Origin: Deltaproteobacteria bacterium | GTDB taxonomy: Bacteria; Myxococcota; Kuafuiibacteriia; Kuafuiibacteriales; Kuafuiibacteriaceae | NCBI GenBank assembly: GCA_016713425.1 | Contig: JADJPE010000005.1 | Coordinates: forward strand, 5,437,532 to 5,501,531 | Length of the DNA: 64,000 nt | Direction of reading: 5' to 3' | The notes under the pieces: generated by a model | What the model was told of the DNA's origin: nothing | Database searches by the model: none | The model's input: only the letters and a program-made list of their open reading frames with translations | In this document: in pieces, positions 38,181 to 48,348 of the stretch | Layout: each line of letters begins with the position of its first letter | Position numbering within the stretch: position 1 is the first letter of the stretch | Position numbers and translations under genes: made by a program

Positions 38181-40541
38181 ATGCCACGGCACATGAAAAC
38201 TGAGATGCGTTTGGGCCGAGCCGCGGCTTCGCGAGGTCCCGCGCGCGAACCGCAGGGCTTCCGGGCAGACCGAGTTTCGCTCTCCATCGCGCGTTCGTCC
38301 GCCGCGCGCCCGACACGCCGCGCGGTCGCCATGTTCGCAGCCGGCGTATGTCTCTTCGCGTCGCCGGTCGCCATGACCGTGGCGCGGGCACAAGTCGTCC
38401 TCACCGAAGTTCAACCCAACCCGTCCGGGACCGACGACAGTGAATGGATCGAGATCCAGAATATTGGGCCGGTCGGCGCCTCGATTGAAGGCTTCGTCCT
38501 TCAGGATTTCGGACCCACGAGCCCACGTCGCTACGCGTTCCCTCCGGGTTCGACACTTGGGCCGCAGCAGGTCATCCTCCTTGCCCGTTCCGCATCGAGC
38601 TACGAGCTTCTCGCGGCGAGCGAAGGGTTCTCGAGACCCCAGCCTGACTACGAATTCGCCGAAGGAGACGACGATCCGGGGACACCAAACCTCGTCGTCA
38701 CCGAAGGGTCCTCGGCCATCCAGCTCGCGAACGGTGGGGACGCCGTCGCGCTTTACGACGCCGCCGGTGCCTTCGTGTCGGGTATCGAGTGGGTCGTCGA
38801 CCGAGCCGAGATCCCGGGTGCCCCGTTCCCAGGTACGGCCGGTTCAGGCGAAAGCCTCCGCCGTATCGGCCTCAGCGGGAACAGCGCCGATGACTTCGAG
38901 ATCTCACCGCGGCCAACGCCGGGCGAGGGGATGGGTGCAACAAGCAACCGCGGGCCCCTGCTCAGTGACGCGCACGCAACACCGAACGTGCTCTTCTATG
39001 GGGAGACGACCACCTTCGAGGTCTCGGCGACGGACCTCGACGGGGTGCATTCGGTCGTGGGCTACTTCGCCCTCGCGAACACCCCAAATGCACCGACCTC
39101 GACGGATTTCATCGACGTGCCGCTCGCGGCCGACGCCGCTGCGCCCGGACGCTACCAGCTTTCGGGTACACCGGAGATCATCTTCCCGGGCCTCGTGGGC
39201 GACCCACCGACCGGATTTCATGACCGGTATCTTCGATACTACTTCCAGGCGACCGACGCGCTCGGGGCGGCGACGACGCTGCCCGCAAATGCCTCACCCA
39301 CCGCCGGCAGTTCCGCTTTCTTCTGGGACAACGTCCTCCCCGCCGGCGCGATCGTCACGATCGCCGCGGCGCGCCAACAAGACGCGAGCCACATCTTGTT
39401 GTACGACAACCACGCCGTGCGCGTGGACGCCATCGTGACCTCGGCCGGTGACGCTTTCAGCACCGCACGCACCGACTTCTTCGTTCGCGATCTCGAAGGC
39501 GCCGATTCGATTCACGTCTATTCACGCACGGCCCTCGCCACATCCTTGCTTCCCGGCGATATCGTTCGAATCACCGGCCGCCTGAGCAGCTATGCGGATC
39601 TTCGCCAAATTGGCGATGACCCCCGAAGCGACGCCCCGACGCTCACGATTGAATCTTTGGGCACGACGACGAGCCCCGAACCCCGCTTCTTGACCATCGC
39701 GGAGCTTCTTCTCGCGCCTGAGGATCTGGAGTCGCAGCTTGTTGGCGTCCATGATGCAGAACTGGTCGCCGGTCCGGGTCAGGATTTGGGTCATCCGCCA
39801 ACCGTCTGGCCCAGCGGCGATACGGTGTACATCGTCGACGGGACAGGCACCCTGGCGGTGCGCATCAGTGCCGGCAGCCAGATCGCGGGCGCGCCAACGC
39901 CCACCGGGCGCTTCGATTTGTCGGGCATCTTTGGCCAGTTTTCGCCCGGAGCACCCGTTCCGGAGACGTACCAGATCCTCCCCCGTGGACTCTCTGACAT
40001 CGCCCTTCCGCAGATCGATTCCGACGGCGGCGTCGCAGCCGACGCAGAAACAACCGATGCAGACGTGGCCGACGCGGACGTTGCCGATGCAGACGTTGCC
40101 GACGCAGACGTTGCCGACGCAGACGTTGCCGACGCAGACGTCGCCGATGCAGACGCGGCCGATGCAGACGTTGCCGATGCAGACGCCGCGGATACAGACG
40201 TCGCCGATGCAGACGTCACCGATGCAGAAGCAGCCGACGCCGGGGGCTCCCAACTCGATGTCGGCACCCCGGGCGACGCCGCGCCGCCCTCGCCTGCCCT
40301 CGCCGATGCCGGAACGTCGAGCCGCCCGGACGCCACCGTCGGCGGCCGAGATGCGCTGAGTTGGGGCGCATCCTCGCCAGCGGGCGACGACGAAGGTGGC
40401 TGCAGCTGCGGAATCCACCGGCCTGCAGATGCGCCGCCGGGGAGCAATGGGCTTGATCTCCTGTTTCTGACGCTTCTCGCTTCCGCGGTCGTGATCAGGC
40501 GGGGTACTCGGCGCTTCAAGACGGTCTCCCTTTCGCAGTAG
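38181..40541 (+). CDS. secreted lamin-tail-domain (LTD) protein with C-terminal (ADADV)n repeats and a MYXO-CTERM-like sorting tail
   Basis: The LTD signature (VVLTEVQPNPSGTDDSEWIEIQNIG...IEGFVLQD...LANGGDAVALYD) is present. About twelve copies of a 15-bp repeat encode ADADVADADV. The C-terminus is GGCSCG...hydrophobic...RRGTRR. A signal peptide at MFAAGVCLFASPVAMTVARA suggests a later true start (about 38331). Confidence 0.75.
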   Translation: MPRHMKTEMRLGRAAASRGPAREPQGFRADRVSLSIARSSAARPTRRAVAMFAAGVCLFASPVAMTVARAQVVLTEVQPNPSGTDDSEWIEIQNIGPVGASIEGFVLQDFGPTSPRRYAFPPGSTLGPQQVILLARSASSYELLAASEGFSRPQPDYEFAEGDDDPGTPNLVVTEGSSAIQLANGGDAVALYDAAGAFVSGIEWVVDRAEIPGAPFPGTAGSGESLRRIGLSGNSADDFEISPRPTPGEGMGATSNRGPLLSDAHATPNVLFYGETTTFEVSATDLDGVHSVVGYFALANTPNAPTSTDFIDVPLAADAAAPGRYQLSGTPEIIFPGLVGDPPTGFHDRYLRYYFQATDALGAATTLPANASPTAGSSAFFWDNVLPAGAIVTIAAARQQDASHILLYDNHAVRVDAIVTSAGDAFSTARTDFFVRDLEGADSIHVYSRTALATSLLPGDIVRITGRLSSYADLRQIGDDPRSDAPTLTIESLGTTTSPEPRFLTIAELLLAPEDLESQLVGVHDAELVAGPGQDLGHPPTVWPSGDTVYIVDGTGTLAVRISAGSQIAGAPTPTGRFDLSGIFGQFSPGAPVPETYQILPRGLSDIALPQIDSDGGVAADAETTDADVADADVADADVADADVADADVADADVADADAADADVADADAADTDVADADVTDAEAADAGGSQLDVGTPGDAAPPSPALADAGTSSRPDATVGGRDALSWGASSPAGDDEGGCSCGIHRPADAPPGSNGLDLLFLTLLASAVVIRRGTRRFKTVSLSQ

Positions 40542-40751
40542 GCGGCCCACGATTGCGCCTGAGGCGCAGGTCTCCACTGTCTCACCACGACGGGCGCCTC
40601 CGTCTCATGCAACAAGCCAGTATGTTCCCGGGGGGTGGATCTCCGCGTCTGCTTCCTCTCGTTCTCCTTCTGGCCCGATTCTTGAGGCTCTTGTTCCCAG
40701 GTGTTCCGATTCACCTGTCTCAAGCACCTGTCTCAAGAGAGAGGACTGCCC

Positions 40752-42638
40752 ATGTATACACGCGCCAACGACGATCTCATTCACACGCGGAGGAACGGAC
40801 TGCTCAGCGCCTTCACGCTGCTGCTCTTGCTCTCCGGATGTACACCGAGCGACGAACCGTCGGACGACTTGACGCAGGCTGCCTCCATAGCCCCCGAGGG
40901 TCTGCGGTACTTCGGCTACTATCAAGCGGACCGGGCCGACGAAACTCGAGCTGTAGCAGACCACTCGAACACACTCATCGCGGAGATCGGGTTTACGGAC
41001 AGCGAGTTCGCTCGATTCCGCGATCAGAATCTCAAGATCTTCCTGTCCCTCGCCCCCATCTTCTTTGAGTGGGACCCATCTTGCCCTTGCCACGTCTTTC
41101 GGCGCGACACGGCGGATGCGGAATGGGACAAGCAGAAGGACGTCATTCGTCGCAACAGTGACGTCATCGAAGCCTTCATTCCCATCGACGAACCCGAGTT
41201 CAGCCGCTTTCCTGGCTCAGAAGAGACGGAACCGCTTCGTCGACGAGAGGGTCTCGAACGCATTGCCGCGCTCGTGCGAAGAGATGTTCCCGGAGCAAAG
41301 ATGGCCGTAAACTTCTGGAGCAGCACGGTCCACTTGTTCGAGCGAGTTCCGCGCGAGTTCGAGCGACGATATCCCCCGAGCTACGACTTCGTCGGCACGG
41401 AGGACTACGAAGAGGCTTTTGACGCAAGGCTGTACGAGAAGCTCATGGCGCTCACCGCCTCCGTGAGAAATCCACCGCCTGAAGTGTACCTGGTACCGAA
41501 AGCATTCATCAATGACGGCAGCAGTCGGTTTCCTCAGCCCGATGGTCAGCAGGGACTCATAACCCGCCACCTCGAGCCTGCACTCGCCTTCGCACGAGCC
41601 GACCCCCGGGTCGTCGGGTTCTTCGCCTTTCTCTATCGAACCCTTGGCGAACAGGGCGCCCAACTGCGTGGCCTCAACGAACAACCCGAAGCGCTTGCTT
41701 GGATGCGTCGAACGGGTGGCGGCTCCGGAGGTACGACGCCCACGCCTCCCCAACCAAATCCGAACCCTACGCCGCAGCCCCCCGCCGGCCCAACGGCACC
41801 CATCCGACTGGCGTCAGGCCTGTGCCTCGACGTAAATGCAGCCTGCATGAACGAAAACGGGTGTAACGTCCAGGTCTGGAGCTGCAACGGCGCAGCACAG
41901 CAGGCCTGGAGCCTTGACGGCGGCACATTGCGTAACGCGAACGGTAAGTGCGTCGACGTCCATGCACCATGCATGAGCGAGAACGGATGCAACGTGCAGA
42001 TCTGGGACTGCAACGGAACACCGCAGCAATCATGGACCCTTCAGAACGGCACACTACGGAACGCCGGCGGCAAGTGTCTCGATGTCCACGCGCCATGCAT
42101 GAACGAAAACGGATGCAATGCGCAGGTCTGGGACTGCAACGCGGCGCCCCAGCAATCCTGGACGCCCACGCCCACGGGGCCGAACCCAACGCCGAACCCA
42201 ACGCCGAACCCAACGCCGAACCCAACGCCGAACCCAACGCCAGAGCCTCCCCCGGCATCGACCGGCCCGGTTCGCTCGGCTTCGGGTCTTTGCCTAGATG
42301 TCCATGCACCCTGCATGAACGAAAACGGGTGCAACGTGCAGGTCTGGAGCTGTAGCGGCGCAGCACAGCAGACCTGGAGCCTTGTCGGCGGCACATTGCG
42401 TAACGCGAACGGCAAGTGCGTCGACGTCCATGCGCCGTGCATGAGCGAGAACGGGTGTAATGTGCAGGTCTGGGACTGCAACGGGACACCGCAGCAATCA
42501 TGGACGTTTCAAAACGGCGCCTTGCGAAACGCCGGCGGTCAGTGTCTCGACGTCCACGCGCCATGCATGAGCGAAAACGGGTGCAACGTGCAGGTCTGGA
42601 GCTGCAACGCAGCAGCCCAGCAATCCTGGACGCGTTGA
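40752..42638 (+). CDS. lipoprotein with an N-terminal hydrolase-like domain and two ricin-B (beta-trefoil) lectin domains
   Basis: Lipobox LLLLSGC. There are six Q-x-W subrepeats (GLCLDV..CM.ENGCNVQVW.CNG..QQ.W), equivalent to two ricin-B domains. These are separated and preceded by PNPTPNPT linkers. The N-terminal 300-aa domain is unassigned. Confidence 0.8.
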   Translation: MYTRANDDLIHTRRNGLLSAFTLLLLLSGCTPSDEPSDDLTQAASIAPEGLRYFGYYQADRADETRAVADHSNTLIAEIGFTDSEFARFRDQNLKIFLSLAPIFFEWDPSCPCHVFRRDTADAEWDKQKDVIRRNSDVIEAFIPIDEPEFSRFPGSEETEPLRRREGLERIAALVRRDVPGAKMAVNFWSSTVHLFERVPREFERRYPPSYDFVGTEDYEEAFDARLYEKLMALTASVRNPPPEVYLVPKAFINDGSSRFPQPDGQQGLITRHLEPALAFARADPRVVGFFAFLYRTLGEQGAQLRGLNEQPEALAWMRRTGGGSGGTTPTPPQPNPNPTPQPPAGPTAPIRLASGLCLDVNAACMNENGCNVQVWSCNGAAQQAWSLDGGTLRNANGKCVDVHAPCMSENGCNVQIWDCNGTPQQSWTLQNGTLRNAGGKCLDVHAPCMNENGCNAQVWDCNAAPQQSWTPTPTGPNPTPNPTPNPTPNPTPNPTPEPPPASTGPVRSASGLCLDVHAPCMNENGCNVQVWSCSGAAQQTWSLVGGTLRNANGKCVDVHAPCMSENGCNVQVWDCNGTPQQSWTFQNGALRNAGGQCLDVHAPCMSENGCNVQVWSCNAAAQQSWTR

Positions 42639-42760
42639 TGTCTACGCCGCGCTCGGTCCGATGGTGCCGCGGCAGCGCCGGACCGTCGTGAGACCAGACG
42701 CATTTTTCTCCGTCCACCGTCCATCGTCCACCGTCCACCGTCCACCGGCTCGCGGAACGT

Positions 42761-43882
42761 TCAGAGGGCCGACGCCGGCGGTAGGAAAGGCAAGGGCGAA
42801 AGCGTCGCCTCGACTTGGCTGCCATCCCCGGTTTCGACGAGCAATCGGGTGCCTGGGGCGTCGTCCGCCTTTCTGACATACCCAAGCGCAATCACCTCGT
42901 TGAGTGCGAAGGAGAACACGGCCGAGGTCAAATGACCGGTCTCGCGGCCATCCGACGCCATGCGCAAGATGGCCCCGCGTTCCGGTATGCTTTTCGAAGC
43001 GGGGCCGAACCTAAGCCCCACCAAGATGTGCTTGATGCCTCCCAGGTTCGTGGCGCGCGCAATGACCTCTTGACCGACATAACAGCCCTTGGTCATCGAG
43101 ATCGCGTCTTCCAGTCGCGCCTCCATGGGAAGCGTATCCTCTTCGAGATCGACGCCATCACGTGGGCGTCCAGCCTCAACGCGAAGCACATTGAGTGCAT
43201 CCGTCGAGACACGATGGCCACCCGAAGCCACCACGCGGGCAAGAAGCTCATCCGGCTTCGGCGCCCCGCGCGAAACTGTGCCCAAGGCCGTCTCCAAGGT
43301 CTGCTCCGAGCTGCTCGTCGCCTGAGTCGCCTCAGTTCTCTGACTCGCCTGACTCGCCTGACTCGCCTGAGTTGTCTGAGGAATGTGTAGATCGTAGCCA
43401 ACGACCCCTAAACTGTCGTCGCGGACGATCACTACACCGTCGGGCGCTTGAACGAAGGCGTATGAGGAGGCTGGGCGGTGCTTGTATCCGGCGGCCTCGA
43501 GGACGGCGTCGCCGCGCGGCCCCAGCACGCTGATCACGGCGAACGCATCCGGGTGCTCGGCGATCGAACAGTCGTCCATGATGATCAATCGGTCGAAACT
43601 CGAAAGGATACGGTTCTTCACCGAACCTTCAACGTCGATCTCGAAGGCATCCTCCAAGGCGCGTACGCGAAGGACGCCCTCGATGCGGCCCTTCTGTGTC
43701 GTCTTGATGGCCACGAGACCTTGCCCCGGCGTCAACGTCGAGACGTCGTTCGTCACCATTCCGTTGAGAAAACGAACACGGTCGGCGCCTAAGAGTCTGA
43801 GCACGGCTCGTTCCTCTCGGCGGCAGACGCCCGCCCCTTCCCTCAGTGCCCGGACCTCATCCTCGATCGCGTTTGCACGCAT
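42761..43882 (-). CDS. ygfZ: folate-binding tRNA-modification protein YgfZ (GcvT-like)
   Basis: The YgfZ signature (KGCYVGQEV) is present in a GcvT-like fold. It contains a QASQASQASQ low-complexity insertion encoded by (ctgactcgc)n. Confidence 0.75.
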   Translation of the reverse strand: MRANAIEDEVRALREGAGVCRREERAVLRLLGADRVRFLNGMVTNDVSTLTPGQGLVAIKTTQKGRIEGVLRVRALEDAFEIDVEGSVKNRILSSFDRLIIMDDCSIAEHPDAFAVISVLGPRGDAVLEAAGYKHRPASSYAFVQAPDGVVIVRDDSLGVVGYDLHIPQTTQASQASQASQRTEATQATSSSEQTLETALGTVSRGAPKPDELLARVVASGGHRVSTDALNVLRVEAGRPRDGVDLEEDTLPMEARLEDAISMTKGCYVGQEVIARATNLGGIKHILVGLRFGPASKSIPERGAILRMASDGRETGHLTSAVFSFALNEVIALGYVRKADDAPGTRLLVETGDGSQVEATLSPLPFLPPASAL

Positions 43883-43921
43883 GTCGTCCCCCTCGCCAAT
43901 CCCGGCGCCCGCAAATTCGAT

Positions 43922-44662
43922 TCACCAGTTTCGGCCAATTCGATCTGGTGAAAAGCCCGACTCAGTGAGCGCCTCCGTACAGCCCTGGACCATCGCCTTC
44001 ATGCCGCTCACGTAGGCCATAGCGTCAGACGCCGGGGGCGAATCCGCGCGAAACCTATCCTGAACATACGGCCTAGATATCGACTGAATCACCTCGACCT
44101 GATCACTCGACCACCCGAAATACTCCGCCCGATACGGAAAATCATTCGTGGTGTGCGCGCCGAGGTAGGCTCGAATCCGCCCATACTGCCCGCGATCGCG
44201 ACGGAAGTGCTCAATCAGTGGCCGGACCGAGGCGATGGCCGAACCGACCGCGAAGATCAGAATTTCTCGGCCGGACGCTCGGTCGAGCGGGAAGCCTGCG
44301 CCAAAGGGTTCGCTGATCTCGAGTTCCTGTCCGACCGAAAGCGTCAACTTCTGCTGGGCGCCCGCGCCCAGAAGGACTTCGAGCGCAAAGCGCTCGCCCG
44401 GAAACGACGCCAGTGCAAGATACACCTTCTCGCCGCCCGGGACCGACGACAACGTAACGACCTGCCCGGGGCGTACGTATCGAGCCGCGAGTTCGGGCTC
44501 CACCTCAAGCACGGCACCCTCGAGTCTCTCCGTCTCCTTCCAGGTCCGTCTGACAATGGCCGTATGACGACTGCCCCCACCCATCCCTGCCGCGCATCCT
44601 GGCGTCGACCCGTCAAAGAGACAAGCCTTTCCAGGCCGCTTATGGAAGGATTCGCGATGCAT
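43922..44662 (-). CDS. ferredoxin-NADP reductase-like FAD/NAD(P)-binding oxidoreductase
   Basis: An FAD-binding beta-barrel (RPGQVVTLS...) and an NAD-binding motif (ILIFAVGSAIASVRPL). The ORF extends to 44824, but the Met at 44662 fits the domain boundaries. Confidence 0.6.
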   Translation of the reverse strand: MHRESFHKRPGKACLFDGSTPGCAAGMGGGSRHTAIVRRTWKETERLEGAVLEVEPELAARYVRPGQVVTLSSVPGGEKVYLALASFPGERFALEVLLGAGAQQKLTLSVGQELEISEPFGAGFPLDRASGREILIFAVGSAIASVRPLIEHFRRDRGQYGRIRAYLGAHTTNDFPYRAEYFGWSSDQVEVIQSISRPYVQDRFRADSPPASDAMAYVSGMKAMVQGCTEALTESGFSPDRIGRNW

Positions 44663-44837
44663 GAGCAGCTCCCGTTCGGGCCCCCCGCGGTCCAAAGACG
44701 CCCCGCCCTGCGCGATCGGCGTGGAGATCATCCAGAACCTATCGTCGGTCTCGTCGCCGCTTGACGGATTTCTTCGCCGCCATCGCCTCCGTGCCAAGAC
44801 GCTGCTGTCCGATGGGCGCCGCACCGAGACCTATCTC

Positions 44838-45557
44838 ATGGACTACGTCGACCGTGCCCCCGGACGACGCGATGCGGTGGCGGTCGCCCTCGTCGCCCGC
44901 GAAGTCGAGACCCCAGCCGCTTTCATCTCCACGGCCCCTTCTGCGGCCCCTTCTGCGGCCCCTTCTGCGGCCCCTTCTGCGGCCCCTTCTGCGGCCCCTT
45001 CTGCGGCCCCTTCTGCGTCCACTTCTGCGTCCACTTCTGCGTCCACTTCTGCGGCCCGCTGGACCACCGCGTCCGCCGCAAGCCCCGTCCCCCGGGTCAA
45101 GGTTCTGCTCCGAAAGCAGGCTCGGTATCCGGTGCACCTCGTCACGGGGCAGATTCTCTGTACCGAAGTCGTGGCCGGCATCATCGAGGGCGACGAGGCC
45201 CCCGAAGCCGCGGCAGTTCGTGAAGTCCTCGAAGAGACAGGCATCGCGGTCGATCGGGCCGACGTAACCTGTTTGGGCCCCGCCGTCTTCGCCAGCCCAG
45301 GCATGCTCACAGAACGCTTTTTTCCAATGATGGTGGAGATCCCGACCGCGACCCTCGAACACCTACCTCAGCTGCGACCCGCGGGTGACGGCAGCCCGAT
45401 GGAGGAAGGCGCGGTCCTCCTCGTTGCGACGCTCGAACAAGCACTTAAGGCCACCCTTCATCCGGTCGAGACGAAGGAGGGTCGCCTACACGTGAACGAT
45501 GCCAAGACCGAGATCGTGCTCAACAGGGTGTGGCGGCATCTTACCGGTCTTTCGTGA
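44838..45557 (+). CDS. NUDIX hydrolase with an internal (PSAA)n / (STSA)n repeat insertion
   Basis: The Nudix box (GIIEGDEAPEAAAVREVLEETGI) is present. An in-frame 12-bp tandem repeat encodes APSAAPSAAPSAAPSAAPSAAPSASTSASTSASTS. The start is uncertain (the ORF opens at 44661). Confidence 0.6.
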   Translation: MDYVDRAPGRRDAVAVALVAREVETPAAFISTAPSAAPSAAPSAAPSAAPSAAPSAAPSASTSASTSASTSAARWTTASAASPVPRVKVLLRKQARYPVHLVTGQILCTEVVAGIIEGDEAPEAAAVREVLEETGIAVDRADVTCLGPAVFASPGMLTERFFPMMVEIPTATLEHLPQLRPAGDGSPMEEGAVLLVATLEQALKATLHPVETKEGRLHVNDAKTEIVLNRVWRHLTGLS

Positions 45558-45571
45558 CACCATAGAGCGCG

Positions 45572-46669
45572 ATGCGCTCGTGCCCGCCGCCCACCCTTCA
45601 TCGTCCCTCGATTCATCGTCGGCCGGTCTTGTGCACGGCCGTGCGCGCGATAGCCCTCCTCGGTGTCTTTTCTCCCGTTCTGGCCTCCGCCCAGCAAGAA
45701 CGCGGTCTCCAAGTCCTCCATCAGCTCGAGCGTCTGCGGGACAGTGACAACTGGCGAACACGGATGCAGGCCGCCGTTTATATCAGCGGGTCACGCGACG
45801 TTCGGGCGCGTCGAGCGCTCGGTCGAGCGCTCGACGACACACACTACGCCGTGCGTGCCGCATGCGTCCGCGGGCTCGCATCCATCGGGGATGCGCGCGA
45901 TGTCGCGGCCGTCGTCGACCGGCTTGCTGATCCGGAATCCTATGTTTCGATGGAGGCCCGCCGCGCGCTCGAGCGCTGGCCGATCGACACCATCGAAGAC
46001 ACGCTCATCCGCCTTCTGAAGACCCATCCCGACTCACAGGTTCGACGCACGATCGCGGAGCGTCTCGCCGAGCGCGTCACCCCCGCGGTTGCGGACGCAC
46101 TGCTCGAGGCCATGGCTGACGCCGATGAAGCCGGGCGGTTTGCAGGTTCGGTCCTCGGAGCTCTCCCCGACGCCACGGCTCGCCGCGTTTTCCTGCGTGG
46201 GCTCCAGATGCCGAGCTACCGTGTGCAAGCCGCGGCCATCGATGCCCTCGGACACCTCGACGACCCATCGGTCGTGGAGCCCATCGCGCGACTTATTGGG
46301 GCACGATCCCCCGAGGTCTCCCGGGCCGCCGCCCGCTCACTCGCCCGTCTGCGCAAGCACATCGATGCGAAGACCTATCTCATGGTCGCGCGACGAAGCC
46401 GCGATCGGAGGGCCCGAGCCCACGCACTGCGCATCGCAGGCGTCGTCGGCGGCGAAGAAGCATCATCCGCAATCTTCTTTGCCATGGACGACAAGGACAT
46501 CACCGTGCGCGGAGCCGCCGTCGCGGCCCTCGTCGATCTTCGCGACCCGAGGGCCATTCCCAAGTTGAAGGAAATGAAGGGACGACGCGAAAATGCGCGT
46601 ATCATCGCGCTCATCCGCAGCACGATGGCTCACCTCGCACGACTTCAGCGCGCGGCGGCGGAGAGCTAG
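45572..46669 (+). CDS. secreted HEAT/PBS-lyase-repeat protein
   Basis: Signal peptide (AIALLGVFSPVLASA), then repeated units of A..LG.L.D..AV..L..LL.D.d..VR..A..AL that fit HEAT-like repeats. Confidence 0.55.
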   Translation: MRSCPPPTLHRPSIHRRPVLCTAVRAIALLGVFSPVLASAQQERGLQVLHQLERLRDSDNWRTRMQAAVYISGSRDVRARRALGRALDDTHYAVRAACVRGLASIGDARDVAAVVDRLADPESYVSMEARRALERWPIDTIEDTLIRLLKTHPDSQVRRTIAERLAERVTPAVADALLEAMADADEAGRFAGSVLGALPDATARRVFLRGLQMPSYRVQAAAIDALGHLDDPSVVEPIARLIGARSPEVSRAAARSLARLRKHIDAKTYLMVARRSRDRRARAHALRIAGVVGGEEASSAIFFAMDDKDITVRGAAVAALVDLRDPRAIPKLKEMKGRRENARIIALIRSTMAHLARLQRAAAES

Positions 46670-46829
46670 AGGCCCGGTCGATATCTTTGCGGACTCAGCG
46701 GAAAGCATTCCGTCGCCCCGCCCCTGACCATCGGTCCCATGCTCCCAAGGTCACGCTTTCAAAGAAATGGGTCATCCGCGCTCGAATTGCTTGCGGATGC
46801 GGGCCAAATCCGTAGCCTGTCTCATTCGC

Positions 46830-48302
46830 ATGACTGCTGAGGCTCCTCCCCCAACGAATCGTGTCCATTTCGTCTCCCTCGGGTGCCCCAAGAACCGGGT
46901 GGACTCGGAGATCATGCTCGGCCACCTGCAAGACGCGTCCATGACCGTCACCGATGAGGCCGAGGACGCCGATGTCATCGTGGTCAATACGTGTGGCTTC
47001 ATCGAAGACGCGAAGAAAGAGTCCATCGACGTCATTCTCGAGATGGCTCGCCATCGGACCGAGGGGCGCGCGCGTCGACTCATCGTTACGGGCTGCCTGG
47101 TACAGCGCTACGCCCAGGAGATCGCGAGCGAGATTCCGGAGATTGACGTTCTCCTGGGCAACGGAGCTTATGCCTCGGTTGCAGAAGCCGCCCAATCCTC
47201 ATCCTTGCTTCCCGTTCCCCGTATTCAGATCGAGCCGCCACGCTTTCTCCATCAGGCAACCACCCCACGCGTGAACACGTTCCTTCCGCACTCCGCCTAC
47301 GTGAAGGTGTCCGAGGGCTGCGACCAGAAGTGTTCCTTCTGCGCGATCCCCAGTATGCGCGGGCTTCAGAGAAGTCGTCCCATCCACGATATCGTCGACG
47401 AAGTCTCGACCCTGGGCGCGCGTGGCATCGTGGAGGTAAATCTTATCGCGCAAGATCTAACCGGGTACGGGACCGATCTCACGCCACGCGCCTCGCTGGC
47501 CGAGCTCTTGAGATCTTTGGGCGGCGTCGATCACGTACGATGGCTCCGCCTCCACTACGCCTACCCACGGCCGTTCTCTCGGGCCCTCCTCGAGGCGATG
47601 GCGGAAGAACCCAAGGTTCTGCCGTACCTCGACATGCCTCTTCAACACATCGCGGACCCGATCCTCAAACGCATGCAACGAGGTCGGCCACGCCGCTTCA
47701 TCGAGAGGCTCCTGGGCGACATCCGAGCCTCCGTGCCCGAGATCGTCATGCGCACGTCCTTCATCGTCGGCTTTCCAGGTGAGACCGAGTCGGAGTTCAA
47801 GGAACTCCTCGATTTCGTCGAAGAGCAAGATTTCGAGCGCGTGGGCGTTTTTCGCTTCTCGCGCGAAGAAGGCACGCCCTCCTTCGATCTCCCGGACCAA
47901 GTTCCCAAAGAGACGATCGACGAACGCTACGACCGGCTGATGACGTCGCTCGCCAAGAAGTCACGTGCGCGAATGGAGAGCTACGTCGGACGTCGCCTCG
48001 CGGTTTTGGTCGATGGCGTGTCGGACGAAACAGATCTGCTTCTCACGGGGCGACACAAAGGGCAAGCGCCCGAGATCGACGGGACGACCTATATCAACGA
48101 CGGCGAAGCACGCACGGGCGACATCGTGGAGGTCGAGATCACTGAAGCCTTCGACTATGACATCGTCGGTCACGTCACCCAGATCCTCTTCCCGGCCCCG
48201 CCGCGCCCAGAGCATCCGCGGCTCGAGCATTTGCCCGTCGAACACCCGCGGACCGAGCATTCGCGCCATGGCCACGCGAGCCTCCGCGTGCTACCCGGAT
48301 GA
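46830..48302 (+). CDS. rimO: ribosomal protein S12 methylthiotransferase RimO (radical SAM MTTase)
   Basis: The MTTase N-domain (VHFVSLGCPKNRVDSE...VNTCGF) and the radical-SAM motif (CDQKCSFC) are present, followed by a TRAM domain. A C-terminal HP(R/E)xEH repeat extension is appended. Confidence 0.9.
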   Translation: MTAEAPPPTNRVHFVSLGCPKNRVDSEIMLGHLQDASMTVTDEAEDADVIVVNTCGFIEDAKKESIDVILEMARHRTEGRARRLIVTGCLVQRYAQEIASEIPEIDVLLGNGAYASVAEAAQSSSLLPVPRIQIEPPRFLHQATTPRVNTFLPHSAYVKVSEGCDQKCSFCAIPSMRGLQRSRPIHDIVDEVSTLGARGIVEVNLIAQDLTGYGTDLTPRASLAELLRSLGGVDHVRWLRLHYAYPRPFSRALLEAMAEEPKVLPYLDMPLQHIADPILKRMQRGRPRRFIERLLGDIRASVPEIVMRTSFIVGFPGETESEFKELLDFVEEQDFERVGVFRFSREEGTPSFDLPDQVPKETIDERYDRLMTSLAKKSRARMESYVGRRLAVLVDGVSDETDLLLTGRHKGQAPEIDGTTYINDGEARTGDIVEVEITEAFDYDIVGHVTQILFPAPPRPEHPRLEHLPVEHPRTEHSRHGHASLRVLPG

Positions 48303-48348
48303 TCGTACCGACCGACGGTTGATTCGTACCGACGGTTGAACAACCGCT

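Noticed and set aside
41767-42891. 374-aa minus-strand ORF, with several other reverse-frame ORFs over 41.2-42.7 kb
   Set aside because: These are generated by the internally repetitive ricin-B coding DNA. The plus-strand frame gives clean Q-x-W beta-trefoil repeats, while the reverse frames are Arg/Cys-rich junk.
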